Of a stretch of 64,000 bases of DNA, positions 1-10,054 are shown piece by piece (within the stretch, counting starts at the first letter, position 1; each line of letters opens with the position of its first letter). Below the pieces are notes generated by a model that saw only the letters and a list, made by a program, of their open reading frames with translations, was not told where the DNA came from and searched no databases. This stretch comes from an uncultured Chitinophagaceae bacterium (GTDB lineage Bacteria; Bacteroidota; Bacteroidia; Chitinophagales; Chitinophagaceae): assembly GCA_937961055.1 (NCBI GenBank), contig CALCIN010000025.1, positions 72,058 to 136,057 of the forward strand, in the 5' to 3' direction. The position numbers and the translations under genes are program-made.

Positions 1-2
1 TC

Positions 3-266
3 GGCAAAGCTGCGCATAGTAATGGCTGGTACCAGCAACAGCAATATCCATGGCGCCAGTTCAAAGAAATTACTGAGGGTGGCATAGCCAAAATCAAGCA
101 GGTTGGTATCTGGAAAAACGAAGAGAAAGAGTCCGTTGAGCAACAGGAATACGACGATAGCAATATACCCGGTCAGGCTGCTGAAAAACTGCCTGAATTC
201 TTTTTTACAAACAGACCACATGTTTACGAAAATAAGGGATTATATGTATTAAAAAAGAAAAGTTGA
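3..266 (+). CDS. 3' fragment of an unidentified gene, truncated by the window start. The frame-3 ORF ends at a TGA stop at 264-266 and is followed by a hairpin terminator.
   Basis: Open frame from window edge (…GIAKIKQVGIWKNEEKESVEQQEYDD…VLKKKS*); terminator 388-416 downstream on same strand; no family recognised. Confidence 0.3.
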   Translation, partial: GKAAHSNGWYQQQQYPWRQFKEITEGGIAKIKQVGIWKNEEKESVEQQEYDDSNIPGQAAEKLPEFFFTNRPHVYENKGLYVLKKKS

Positions 267-387
267 TGACGCGATTTGCATTTGAAATATTTTCCTATAT
301 TCGTTGCCCACTTAACCATCCTTGAAAAAAATCTGATTTCCGGTTAACATCTTGTCATCATAGATAGCCGAAACCTACTGCATAAGA

Positions 388-416
388 AATCCCCCGCTAT
401 GGGGGATTTTTATTTT
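388..416 (+). terminator. Rho-independent terminator hairpin (aatccccc-gctat-gggggatt) followed by a T-run
   Basis: Perfect 8-bp GC-rich stem, 5-nt loop, and ttttatttt tail on the + strand; seen directly in the sequence. Confidence 0.5.
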
Positions 417-453
417 GAGCATGCTCACTTCTTTGTTCTTTTTTTCAATCCTG

Positions 454-786
454 TTACACGGCAAAGCTTTCTCCGCAGGCGCAGGTTCTGCTGGCATTGG
501 GATTGTTGAAATAAAATCCTTTTCCATTCAATCCCTCGGAAAATTCCAGCGTGGTATTTACCAGGTACAAAAAACTTTTCAGGTCAGTAACGATCTTGAT
601 GCCATTGTCTTCAAACACCTGGTCGGCGGGCAGCGATTTATTGTCGAAATCCATTTTATAGCTCAGGCCGGAACAGCCGCCCCCTACTACCGATACACGC
701 AAAAAATAGGATGGATCATTGGCGTAGCCGGCTTCCTCCATCAGCTTGATAATTTTTTCTTTGGCTTTATCACTCACGTACAGCAT
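454..786 (-). CDS. IscA/HesB-family iron-sulfur cluster insertion protein (A-type carrier)
   Basis: C-terminal CACGESF motif and a conserved Cys near VVGGGCSG typical of HesB/IscA; ~110 aa from the internal Met (the ORF track starts earlier, at 840); immediately downstream of a cysteine desulfurase on the same strand. Confidence 0.8.
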   Translation of the reverse strand: MLYVSDKAKEKIIKLMEEAGYANDPSYFLRVSVVGGGCSGLSYKMDFDNKSLPADQVFEDNGIKIVTDLKSFLYLVNTTLEFSEGLNGKGFYFNNPNASRTCACGESFAV

Positions 787-908
787 ACGTTGAAAATTTG
801 ACAATGAATAAATGAGCAAACGTGAACATTTGCGGCACAACCCGCATCACAAGTCGGGGAGTTTTTCCTGTTGAAGGAAATCATCCCTGCCTGGTGAATA
901 TGTTCTCA

Positions 909-2099
909 CTATTGCATACGGAGTTCCCAGCGGGGACTCAATGATCTTAATTGTTGTACCGATGCGGTCACCCGGTCAATCACAAAATCAATTTCCGCTT
1001 CAGTAGTATAACGTCCGAGGCTAAACCGCAGCGAACCATGGGCAGTGTCATCGTCCAGTCCCATCGCCTTCAGCACATGGCTCGGTTCCATACTGGCAGA
1101 AGTACAGGCCGAACCGGAAGACAAAGCGATGTCTTTGTTAAAACCCATCATCAGCGCCTCGGATTCCACATAGCGGAACGAGATATTGGTAACATTGGGC
1201 AACCTGTCAACCAGCGACCCGTTTACCCGGGTTTCTTCCAACTGCAGCAAGGCATTTTCCAGTTTATCGCGCAGCCTGGCGATGCGTTTACCTTCCTGCT
1301 CCATCTGTTGCAGGCACAATTCACAGGCCTTTCCAAAGCCTGCTATGCCCGGTACATTCAGGGTGCCGCTCCGCAGGCCACGTTCGTGGCCTCCCCCGTC
1401 CAGCTGGGCGGTAAGGGTTACCCGCGGGTTCTTACGCCGCACATACAATGCGCCCACGCCTTTGGGGCCATAGAGCTTGTGCGCGCTAAAAGCCAGCAGG
1501 TCAATGCCATCTGCCATTACATCAACGGAAATTTTGCCTGCGGCTTGTGTGGCATCTGTTAAAAATAATGCCCCGTGTTGGTGCACCACGTTACTGATTT
1601 CCCGGATGGGTTGTATGGTGCCCGTTTCGTTGTTGGCGTACATGATAGCTACCAGGATGGTAGTAGGCCTGATGGCTGCTTCCAGCTCATCGATGTTGAT
1701 CAACCCTTCGCTGTTTACCGGCAGCCAGGTCACCTCTCCACCCAGTTTTTCAATGCGGTGGCAGGTATCCAATACTGCTTTGTGCTCGGTAACGCAGGTA
1801 ATGATATGGTTACCTTTGGAAGCCCAGGCATCAAATACGCCCTTTATAGCGAGGTTGATGGCCTCCGTAGCGCCGGAGGTAAACACGATTTCCCTGGGTT
1901 CTGCCCCGATGAGGGCTGCTACCTGTTCCCTGGCATGGTCTACCGCTTCTGCTGCCTGCCAGCCATAGAAGTGCGTACGGCTGGCTGCATTGCCATAATG
2001 CTGCGTAAAATAGGGCAGCATCACGTCCACTACCTGCTGATCGCAGGGGGTGGTGGCATTATAATCAAGATATACAGGCAGCTTCAACACAGCAACCAA
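909..2099 (-). CDS. iscS: Cysteine desulfurase, IscS/NifS group I (PLP-dependent)
   Basis: N-terminal PVYLDYNATTP, SFSAHKLYGPKG (PLP lysine) and active-site SSGSACTS motifs; 396 aa. Confidence 0.85.
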   Translation of the reverse strand: MVAVLKLPVYLDYNATTPCDQQVVDVMLPYFTQHYGNAASRTHFYGWQAAEAVDHAREQVAALIGAEPREIVFTSGATEAINLAIKGVFDAWASKGNHIITCVTEHKAVLDTCHRIEKLGGEVTWLPVNSEGLINIDELEAAIRPTTILVAIMYANNETGTIQPIREISNVVHQHGALFLTDATQAAGKISVDVMADGIDLLAFSAHKLYGPKGVGALYVRRKNPRVTLTAQLDGGGHERGLRSGTLNVPGIAGFGKACELCLQQMEQEGKRIARLRDKLENALLQLEETRVNGSLVDRLPNVTNISFRYVESEALMMGFNKDIALSSGSACTSASMEPSHVLKAMGLDDDTAHGSLRFSLGRYTTEAEIDFVIDRVTASVQQLRSLSPRWELRMQ

Positions 2100-2196
2100 T
2101 TTAAATCAATAACATATAAACGCAAAATTAGACAAATGGTTCTATTTTAGTGAGTAATGAATAGCCGCTTGCTATTCATCACGTTAAACCAAAAAC

Positions 2197-2598
2197 ATGC
2201 TGAAAGTTGAACACATCGGTATCGCCGTAAAGGAACTGGCCGTATCTGTGCCGCTGTTTGAAAAACTGCTCAACACGCCCTGCTATAAAACGGAAAAAGT
2301 GGAGAGCGAGCAGGTAACTACTGCTTTTTTTAAACAGGGAGAAACAAAAATTGAACTGCTCGAAAGCTCCGGTCCGGATGGTGTGATTGCCCGCTATATC
2401 AGCAAGAAGGGAGAAGGCATTCATCATATCGCGTTTGAAGTGGCCGATATCGAGGCAGAAATGAAAAGGCTGCAGCGCGAAGGATTTGTATTATTAAACG
2501 AAGAGCCCAAACCTGGCGCCGATAATAAACTGGTTTGTTTTCTGCATCCCAAACATACCAATGGCGTGCTGGTTGAATTGTGCATGGAAAGAAAATGA
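2197..2598 (+). CDS. mce: Methylmalonyl-CoA epimerase (VOC/glyoxalase-fold)
   Basis: 133-aa VOC-family protein; MLKVEHIGIAV…GEGIHHIAFEV…VELC pattern matches methylmalonyl-CoA epimerases. Confidence 0.75.
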   Translation: MLKVEHIGIAVKELAVSVPLFEKLLNTPCYKTEKVESEQVTTAFFKQGETKIELLESSGPDGVIARYISKKGEGIHHIAFEVADIEAEMKRLQREGFVLLNEEPKPGADNKLVCFLHPKHTNGVLVELCMERK

Positions 2599-2600
2599 TG

Positions 2601-3200
2601 TCACATCCTGTGTTCCGGGCAGTCGAACCGCAACTCTGAAAACGCAAGTGGTTTTTGCATGAGATTGCAAAAATGTTTTTCCTTACAGTCGCCGTTATAG
2701 TAGGTGCAGTTATAGCACATACGCTGTGTGGAAATAATTCCTTTTTGATTCAGGCGATAGATTAAATCCATCACAGAAGAAAGTAAATAATTTTTTTGCA
2801 CTTCGGTAAGCGTGGCAATAGCACTGTCGAGCGGACTGGAAAAATTTTCCACGGCACTGGTCATCTCCTCACCCTTTGGGGTAAGCGAAAAATTATATCC
2901 TCTTGAATCGTCGGTATCATTGTGGCGTTCGATCAGCCCTTTCAGTTCCAGTACGCGCATACTGTCACTGATGGTGGCCTTGGTAAGATTGAATTCTCTT
3001 GCCAGTGCGGCTATCCTGCGTTGTCCCGGGTCTTTGTGATATTTCAGGAATATCAACAGTTGCAGCTGAATGGGACTAACGCGGTGTTCCTTGGCTTCGG
3101 TCCAGAGCAGCACCCGGAACACTTCGGAAATCTTCTCCAGTGATGCAACAATCTTTGCATCCATATTGGCAACATGCGTCTCCGGGTTAAACGATGACAT
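2601..3200 (-). CDS. MarR-family winged-helix transcriptional regulator with a C-terminal Cys-rich extension
   Basis: Central wHTH region (LTKATISDSMRVLELKGLIER); C-terminal CYNC…C…C…C…H cluster, not typical of classic MarR. Confidence 0.6.
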   Translation of the reverse strand: MSSFNPETHVANMDAKIVASLEKISEVFRVLLWTEAKEHRVSPIQLQLLIFLKYHKDPGQRRIAALAREFNLTKATISDSMRVLELKGLIERHNDTDDSRGYNFSLTPKGEEMTSAVENFSSPLDSAIATLTEVQKNYLLSSVMDLIYRLNQKGIISTQRMCYNCTYYNGDCKEKHFCNLMQKPLAFSELRFDCPEHRM

Positions 3201-3806
3201 GGGAATTTCGCTTGAATTGTAAATATACTGACTTTAGATACGGCAAATAAGACAAAGAGGTTTGCAACAGCCACTATAAAACACATTTATTTATCTACTA
3301 TTTAGCAAGCGGTATATAGGATATCTTTTTTCGTTGGGTATCAACAAGCTGGGGATACGAACATGAGAATTGACATTTGCAAAACAAAACTGGCAACAAG
3401 CATATCTGTAGGGCTGAATGCGACCAGGTAGTTACCATTTATGCAACATACCATCTATTTCCTGAACAGTTATACGAATCATAAAGCAGTTGCATACCCG
3501 AAAATGATTTGTATTGCACAAATAAATGCATTAGAGATGGTGTAGGGAAGTAAGAAACGGGAGTGTGCAGGTTTGCTGGTATGAGGTAGTGGGGTAATGA
3601 GGATAGCGGCGGAGGTCCGGGGGTTGGCAAACACAGGTTGCAGGCTGCAAAGCTGCCTATGCGTTGGCGCAGGTTGTGCAGGCATCAGCGAGTTGGATAT
3701 AGGTGAAGTTGGGAAGCCAGTAAATTAAAAGGTATAGGCGGTGCAGGCAGCCGGCAATAATTTCAGCAATGCGGTATCCAATGAACCGATTATTCCTGTT
3801 GAAAGC

Positions 3807-4547
3807 TTATTCGTCTTCGCTATCGGTCTTGTTTAGTCCCAGTTTGTCGATAGCAATAGCGGCGGCAATCTGGCTGGCATCTTTTTTATTATAGGCCTTG
3901 CCTTCGGCAAGGAGTTCGCCATCTACCACGGCGCCAATGGTAAAGAGGCGGCGGCCGCCTTCGATGCGCTCATCGAGGGTTTCAAATTCGAGGTTTTTGC
4001 CGTTCTTATTGGCCCATCCATACAATTTGTTCTTATGGTTGATCTCGAGGTTTTCCAGATCTTCCATATAGAGGTGGGGGATGATAATGGCTTCAAACAC
4101 CCATTTTTTTGTTTTGCTGAATCCCTTGTCCAGGTAAATGGCCCCCACCACTGCTTCAAGGGTGTTGCCAAATATCTGGCTCATCTTAAGGGAATTGTCG
4201 AATTTGTTGTAGAAGGTAATTTTTTTCAGGCCCATCTTAATGGCGATCTCGTTAAGTTTGTTACGGTTCACCATTTTGCTGCGCATTTCTGTCAGAAAGC
4301 CTTCTTCTTTATAAGGATATTTCTTGAACAGAAAATCGGCTACAATCCCGCTGAGGATAGCATCGCCGAGATACTCGAGCCGTTCGTTGTTTTCGTCTGC
4401 ACTGTCGCGAACGGAGCGGTGCGTCAGCGCGGCCTTGTATAAAGCGAGCCTGCCCGGGGTAAAACCCAGTACATTACGCAAGTTTTTTTTGAAAGAAAGA
4501 TTTTCGTCTTTTCTTGTAAAAAGATCCAGAATTCCCACAATTGTCAA
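3807..4547 (-). CDS. rnc: Ribonuclease III
   Basis: RNase III signature ERLEYLGDAIL plus C-terminal dsRBD; positioned downstream of fabF as in the conserved acpP-fabF-rnc arrangement. Confidence 0.9.
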   Translation of the reverse strand: MTIVGILDLFTRKDENLSFKKNLRNVLGFTPGRLALYKAALTHRSVRDSADENNERLEYLGDAILSGIVADFLFKKYPYKEEGFLTEMRSKMVNRNKLNEIAIKMGLKKITFYNKFDNSLKMSQIFGNTLEAVVGAIYLDKGFSKTKKWVFEAIIIPHLYMEDLENLEINHKNKLYGWANKNGKNLEFETLDERIEGGRRLFTIGAVVDGELLAEGKAYNKKDASQIAAAIAIDKLGLNKTDSEDE

Positions 4548-4709
4548 GCTACAAATTTTTCATTAAGCCAAAAAAAGATTCACAGACCCCATTTGGGTGC
4601 AGCGCCGGTTTATTGAACGGACAAGGCAGGCATAAAATTATGTACGCACGGCTTTCACCTGCTAAATTAAGTAAGCAAATCCTTTTTCTGGTTCAAGTTG
4701 CGGGGAAGG

Positions 4710-5975
4710 TTACACTTTGCCGGTGTTATCATATTTTTTCATGATAACGCAAGCATTGTGCCCGCCAAAACCAAAAGTATTGCTTAACGCTGCGCGAACC
4801 GTACGCTTCCGGGCCTTTCCAAAAGTGAAGTCCAGTCGGGAATCCAGTTCAGGATCGTCGGTAAAATGGTTTATTGTAGGGGGTACGATATCATGCACGA
4901 TACTCATGATACAGGCGATGGCTTCCACCACACCGGCGGCTCCGAGGCAGTGTCCGGTCATAGACTTGGTTGAACTGATGCTGACACGGAATGCATCTTC
5001 GCCAAAAACATCCATAATAGCCTTTACTTCGGCTATATCGCCGAGCGGGGTGGATGTACCGTGTGTATTGATATAGTCAATATCCGACGGGCTCATTCCA
5101 GCATCGGCCAGGGCGGCCATCATTACATGCTTGGCTCCGAGACCTTCAGGATGGGGAGCTGTTATATGATGTGCATCGGCTGTGGCGCCACAACCGGCAA
5201 TTTCGCAATAAATTTTAGCACCGCGGCGTAATGCATGTTCCAGCTCTTCCAGCACCAGTACGCCGGAACCTTCGCCCATTACAAAGCCGTCGCGGTCCTT
5301 GTCGTACGGACGGCTGGCAGTTTTGGGATCATCGTTGCGTTCGCTGAGGGCTTTCATGGCATTAAAGCCTCCTACGCCGGCCTCGCTGATCACGCTTTCA
5401 GCACCGCCGGAAAGTATGATGTCAGCTTTCCCCAGACGAATCAGGTTAAAGGCCTCCATAATGGCATTGGTGGAGGAAGCGCAGGCGCTTACTACCGCAA
5501 AGTTGGGTCCGCGTAAGCCATGCCGCATGGAAATCTGCCCTGCGGCAATATCAAGAATCATCTTGGGAATGAAGAAAGGATTGAAACGGGGCGTGCCGTC
5601 TCCTTTGGCAAAATTCATCACTTCTTCCTGGAAAGTGATAAGACCGCCGATACCGCTGGCAAATACCACCCCGGCCCGGTCAACATTGATGTTGGAGGCA
5701 TTGATGCCGGCATCAGCCATCGCCTGGTCACTCGAAACAAGAGCGGTTTGGGTAAAGCGGTCGATTTTCCGGGCCTCTTTCTTTTCGAGGAAATCCAGCG
5801 GATCAAAATTTTTCAGTTCGCAGGCAAACCGGGTTTTGAATTTAGAGGCATCAAACTGCGTAATAAAATCGGCACCCGAAACGCCGTTGATCAGACCGTT
5901 CCAATAGTCATTCAGATTATTGCCAAGTGGTGTGATAGCACCTATACCAGTAACTACAACTCGTTTCAGTTGCAT
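4710..5975 (-). CDS. fabF: Beta-ketoacyl-ACP synthase II
   Basis: 421-aa KAS II with active-site Cys (AVVSACASST), His-His (HITAPHPEG / NTHGTSTP) and C-terminal GFGGHN. Confidence 0.92.
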   Translation of the reverse strand: MQLKRVVVTGIGAITPLGNNLNDYWNGLINGVSGADFITQFDASKFKTRFACELKNFDPLDFLEKKEARKIDRFTQTALVSSDQAMADAGINASNINVDRAGVVFASGIGGLITFQEEVMNFAKGDGTPRFNPFFIPKMILDIAAGQISMRHGLRGPNFAVVSACASSTNAIMEAFNLIRLGKADIILSGGAESVISEAGVGGFNAMKALSERNDDPKTASRPYDKDRDGFVMGEGSGVLVLEELEHALRRGAKIYCEIAGCGATADAHHITAPHPEGLGAKHVMMAALADAGMSPSDIDYINTHGTSTPLGDIAEVKAIMDVFGEDAFRVSISSTKSMTGHCLGAAGVVEAIACIMSIVHDIVPPTINHFTDDPELDSRLDFTFGKARKRTVRAALSNTFGFGGHNACVIMKKYDNTGKV

Positions 5976-5997
5976 AGTGATTTACGGAGAAGTTTTT

Positions 5998-6041
5998 TTA
6001 AGTAACAAATCCGCCTTCGCAGCATGCGCCAGCTATCGAAA
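5998..6041. other. Stable stem-loop (11-bp stem aaatccgcctt/aaggcggattt) in the acpP-fabF intergenic region
   Basis: Inverted repeat seen directly; the U-tract lies on the + strand rather than the coding (-) strand, so it is not a classic terminator for acpP and may be a processing or attenuation element. Confidence 0.35.
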
Positions 6042-6081
6042 GGCGGATTTTATTTAGTACACCTGATTTGCAAAACAAACA

Positions 6082-6318
6082 TTACTTAGCATGCTCTTCT
6101 AAGTAAGCAACAGCCTGGCCAACAGTAGTAATGGTTTCGGCCTGCTCATCAGGAATGGAAATATTAAATTCCTTTTCAAATTCCATGATCAGTTCTACGG
6201 TGTCCAGGGAATCGGCACCCAAATCATTGGTGAAAGAAGCCTCATTGGTAACCTCTGCTTCTTCTACACCTAACTTATCAACAATAATCTTTTTAACTCT
6301 TGTTGCGATGTCTGACAT
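6082..6318 (-). CDS. acpP: Acyl carrier protein
   Basis: 78 aa with the phosphopantetheine site [12 protein letters not shown]. Confidence 0.95.
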   Translation of the reverse strand: MSDIATRVKKIIVDKLGVEEAEVTNEASFTNDLGADSLDTVELIMEFEKEFNISIPDEQAETITTVGQAVAYLEEHAK

Positions 6319-6571
6319 TTTTGTAAAGTTTAGTTACGGCTGCAAAAATATAGATTTTGGGATTATGACAATAAATCACTGGTTTTTAATTAATGCTGTG
6401 GATATTTTGTTATTTATAGTTGAAAGGCCGCAAAACAGTGCTCCCAGGGCCGCAGGCTATATCAGACAATTTTAATATTCTTTCTGTTTCCCCGTCTTTG
6501 CGCCCTTCCTTCTTTTTTAAACTAAATCCTTATATTGCAACATTCTGTGACAGACACCCAATACTACCGGA

Positions 6572-7000
6572 ATGGCCCTGAAAATCATCGATTATGGTTC
6601 AAAGGAGTACCAGCAAATGGTACAACTGCGCAATGATATATTGCGAAGGCCACTCGGTTTGCAATTTACCCCGGAAGAACTTGAAAAAGAACGCAATGAA
6701 ATTCTGATCGGGGCTTTTGAAGAAGAAAAAATGCTGGGCTGCTGTATGCTGGTACAGCAGGACCCTACCTCTGTTAGACTACGGCAGATGGCCGTTCTCA
6801 ATAATCTCCAGGGTAAAGGTATCGGCCGGGCGCTGATGCAGTTTGCAGAAAACATTGCCCGCGACCGTGGTTACCGGAAAATCACCATGCATGCCCGAAA
6901 AACTGCTATCGGTTTCTATGAAAAATTAGGCTACAAGGTATGCGGGGAAGAATTTGAAGAGGTAACCATACCACATTATGTAATGGAAAAGCAGTTGTAA
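6572..7000 (+). CDS. GNAT-family N-acetyltransferase
   Basis: Acetyl-CoA binding motif QGKGIGRALM, 142 aa. Confidence 0.75.
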   Translation: MALKIIDYGSKEYQQMVQLRNDILRRPLGLQFTPEELEKERNEILIGAFEEEKMLGCCMLVQQDPTSVRLRQMAVLNNLQGKGIGRALMQFAENIARDRGYRKITMHARKTAIGFYEKLGYKVCGEEFEEVTIPHYVMEKQL

Positions 7001-7156
7001 CCAGGTTTTGCAGGTTTATTCCTAACCCGGTAACGGTACGTTTCTTCAATGGGTAAATACTGCGGCTAATCGCCTATCCTATGCTTATTTATTATATATG
7101 GATGCTGTAAAGCCGGTAGCAGTTCCACCACATTTTATTAAGCAGTAAGCAATCAA

Positions 7157-7450
7157 TTACCAGACTTTAAAAATTTCTCTTGAACCGCTGAGGTACATGT
7201 CCTGGTAACCAGCCATAGCCGTTTCCATTTTTTTCATCGCTTCTGTGTCCTTGCTGTACTTTTCCCAGCTTTTATCGTATTCAGTGAGACTTTCATATTT
7301 GGTAACAATCACTACTTTGTTGAAGGGGCCGGTAACATCGGTCATAATGTATACCAGTTCGCTCATGTCCGACATACCTTCTTTACACATTTTTGCAAGT
7401 TTGGAAGCGTTACCGGGTTTGCAGATAAATGTTTCATGCACGATAATCAT
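7157..7450 (-). CDS. Hypothetical small protein (97 aa), possibly a NIPSNAP/Dabb-like alpha+beta barrel
   Basis: Clean ORF with no overlap; family assignment is a weak guess from size and composition. Confidence 0.4.
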   Translation of the reverse strand: MIIVHETFICKPGNASKLAKMCKEGMSDMSELVYIMTDVTGPFNKVVIVTKYESLTEYDKSWEKYSKDTEAMKKMETAMAGYQDMYLSGSREIFKVW

Positions 7451-7805
7451 GGCAGCAATGGTTTTATATTAAGAAAATTCGATTTCGATTGTACCTTAAA
7501 TGTAGGTGTTATCAAATGAAGAATTTTGCCGGTTGCTATCAACGTTGATAATTTGTCGCAGGGAGCCCTTCACTACCGCAATATCTGCCCCTTATCTTTC
7601 ACAATACCTGTAAACAATCCGGGGAAAAACCTGAAAAAGCGGGAAAAATCACTCACGAAAAATTTTATGAACCGATGGAGAAGTGCCACCTTTGTAACAG
7701 GTGTGTGTAAACGTTAGTAATAGTATATGCTTGATATAATGGCGAACCTATATGAAGAGGGATATAGTGGAGAAACATAAGTTAAATACATTATAATCTT
7801 AAACA

Positions 7806-8000
7806 ATGGAAGATCAGGTATTAGATTTAACTCCAAAATTCATACTTGTCCCCGGCGGTAAGAACTACATCATTGCAAAACCTACGGTACCGGGCGGGCG
7901 GGATGTCTTCATCGGATGCTGGGACGAAGAGCGCGTCATACAACTCACCCAACTTTATATTAACCTGTGCAAAGCCGAAGAAGAAGCCAACAAACACTAA
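7806..8000 (+). CDS. Hypothetical small protein (64 aa)
   Basis: Isolated ORF in an intergenic region; no family recognised. Confidence 0.25.
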   Translation: MEDQVLDLTPKFILVPGGKNYIIAKPTVPGGRDVFIGCWDEERVIQLTQLYINLCKAEEEANKH

Positions 8001-8176
8001 AAAGAAAAAAATCACCCTCAAATCCGTACTCATGCCATCAAAAATTTTCTGCTGAATTAAGCCATACAATCAGCAACTCATTTGCTCCAAACAAGCCTTC
8101 ACGAATACGGCTTCAGGTTCCGTTTGCAACAGTATTGGGTTAACCGCCCTTTATGGGGCTAGTCAATAGTTCGCTC

Positions 8177-9718
8177 TTACCCGCCCCAACCATCCCTGTC
8201 CAGGCTCCTGTACTGGATTGCTTCCGCCAGATGGTCCGGCCTGATGTATTCACTCATCGCCAGATCGGCAATGGTCCTGCTTACCTTTAATATGCGGTCG
8301 TATGCGCGGGCAGACAGGTTGAGCCGGCTCATGGCCGATTTCAACAGGTTCTGACCGGCACTATCCGGTACGCATATTGCTTTAAGCAGTTTGCTGCCCA
8401 TCTGTGCATTGCAATAAATACCTTCATGATCTTTAAAGCGTGCAGCCTGAATGGCGCGGGCTTGTACTACCCGCTCCCGGATTTGCGCGGAAGTCTCACC
8501 CGCCTCCATCGACGATAATTCACTATGCAACACAGGCGTTACTTCCACGTGCAGGTCTATTCGGTCCAGCAGCGGACCACTGATCTTGTTGAGATATTTC
8601 TGTACCGATCCGGGCGGACATACACAGGATTTGGCAGGATGGTTATAATATCCGCAGGGACAAGGATTCATGGAACTGATCAGAATAAAACTGGCCGGAT
8701 AATCAATGGCCAGTCTGGCCCGCGAAATGGTCACGCGCCGTTCTTCCATGGGTTGTCGCATCACTTCCAGTGCTGAACGCTTGAATTCCGGTAATTCATC
8801 CAGGAACAATACACCATTATGCGCCAGCGAAATTTCGCCGGGTTGCGGCGTACTGCCTCCGCCCACCAGGGCCACATCACTGATGGTATGATGCGGCGCA
8901 CGAAACGGGCGGCGCGCCACCAACATAGCATTGGCAGGTAATTTTCCGGCCACGGAATGAATCTTGGTAGTTTCCAACGCTTCCTGCAACGTGAGAGGGG
9001 GCAATATAGTCGGGAGTCGTTTGGCCAGCATTGTTTTACCGGCGCCGGGCGGACCAATCAGAATGGCATTATGTCCTCCCGCAGCAGCAATCTCCAATGC
9101 CCTCTTGATGTTTTCCTGCCCCTTCACATCACTGAAATCCAGGTCAAACGACGATTGCGATTGAAAGAAGGCTTCCCGCGCATTTACTATAACCGGCTGC
9201 AGGAAATTTTCGTTCTTGAAAAATTCAATCACCTCGCAGAGATGGTTTACCCCATATACGTTGAGGTTATTCACCATGGCGGCTTCCCGGCAATTTTGTT
9301 TGGGCAGTATCAATCCTTTAAAACCTTCACGCCGGGCCGTAATGGCAATGGGCAGCGCTCCCTTCACAGGTTGAACCGTACCATCAAGGTTCAATTCCCC
9401 CACCAGCACATAATCTTTTAACCGTTCTGGAAATGGCATTTGTTCATCTGCCGCCAATGTTCCAACGGCAATGGCCAAATCAAAGGCAGAACCGCTTTTC
9501 TTGATATCAGCAGGAGCAAGATTTACCACCAGTTTGGTGCGGGGCATCCAGAAGCCGTTGGTTTTGATAGCGCTCTCCACCCGCCGGAGACTTTCGCGTA
9601 CCGCATTATCGGGCAGACCAACAATATAATAATCCTTTCCCGGCATGACATTCACTTCCACCGTGATGGTAACAGCATCTACACCATACACGGCACTTCC
9701 ATAGGTTTTGACCAACAT
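8177..9718 (-). CDS. yifB: YifB/ComM-family Mg-chelatase-like AAA+ ATPase
   Basis: 513 aa with N-terminal Lon-like domain, Walker A GPPGAGKT, Walker B FLDELPEF and a C-terminal ChlI-like region. Confidence 0.9.
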   Translation of the reverse strand: MLVKTYGSAVYGVDAVTITVEVNVMPGKDYYIVGLPDNAVRESLRRVESAIKTNGFWMPRTKLVVNLAPADIKKSGSAFDLAIAVGTLAADEQMPFPERLKDYVLVGELNLDGTVQPVKGALPIAITARREGFKGLILPKQNCREAAMVNNLNVYGVNHLCEVIEFFKNENFLQPVIVNAREAFFQSQSSFDLDFSDVKGQENIKRALEIAAAGGHNAILIGPPGAGKTMLAKRLPTILPPLTLQEALETTKIHSVAGKLPANAMLVARRPFRAPHHTISDVALVGGGSTPQPGEISLAHNGVLFLDELPEFKRSALEVMRQPMEERRVTISRARLAIDYPASFILISSMNPCPCGYYNHPAKSCVCPPGSVQKYLNKISGPLLDRIDLHVEVTPVLHSELSSMEAGETSAQIRERVVQARAIQAARFKDHEGIYCNAQMGSKLLKAICVPDSAGQNLLKSAMSRLNLSARAYDRILKVSRTIADLAMSEYIRPDHLAEAIQYRSLDRDGWGG

Positions 9719-10054
9719 GGTTAATACGATTTTCGTTTAACCGGGCAGGATAGCAAAGAAAAGGATTATTTTGGAAAATCATCAAGATAAGCGCAGACAC
9801 AGGGGTGCAATACAACAGGTCGGCAGCTACCCATCTGCTTTACAGATCGCATTACAGTAATACAATGTGGTTGTACCATTGCTTAAAGCTGCTTAGGTGA
9901 ATATCCACCTCAGCCATTTTCTCCCTGTACAGTAATGAAACTGATGACTGATTCACTCATACGTAATCGTTGAGCAATCGTATGGTTGTTTCTATTGGGA
10001 AAAGCTGTAAGAGATTGCCCGGATCAACCCGCAATGCATTGCTGAATGTTTTTC

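Noticed and set aside
415-801. 128-aa ORF on the + strand
   Set aside because: Fully antisense to the well-supported IscA/HesB gene and begins inside a terminator hairpin; low-complexity translation
951-2150. Several 95-203-aa ORFs antisense to the cysteine desulfurase gene
   Set aside because: They overlap a strongly supported PLP-enzyme gene; their compositions are Arg/Gly/Pro-biased, typical of antisense frames of GC-rich coding DNA
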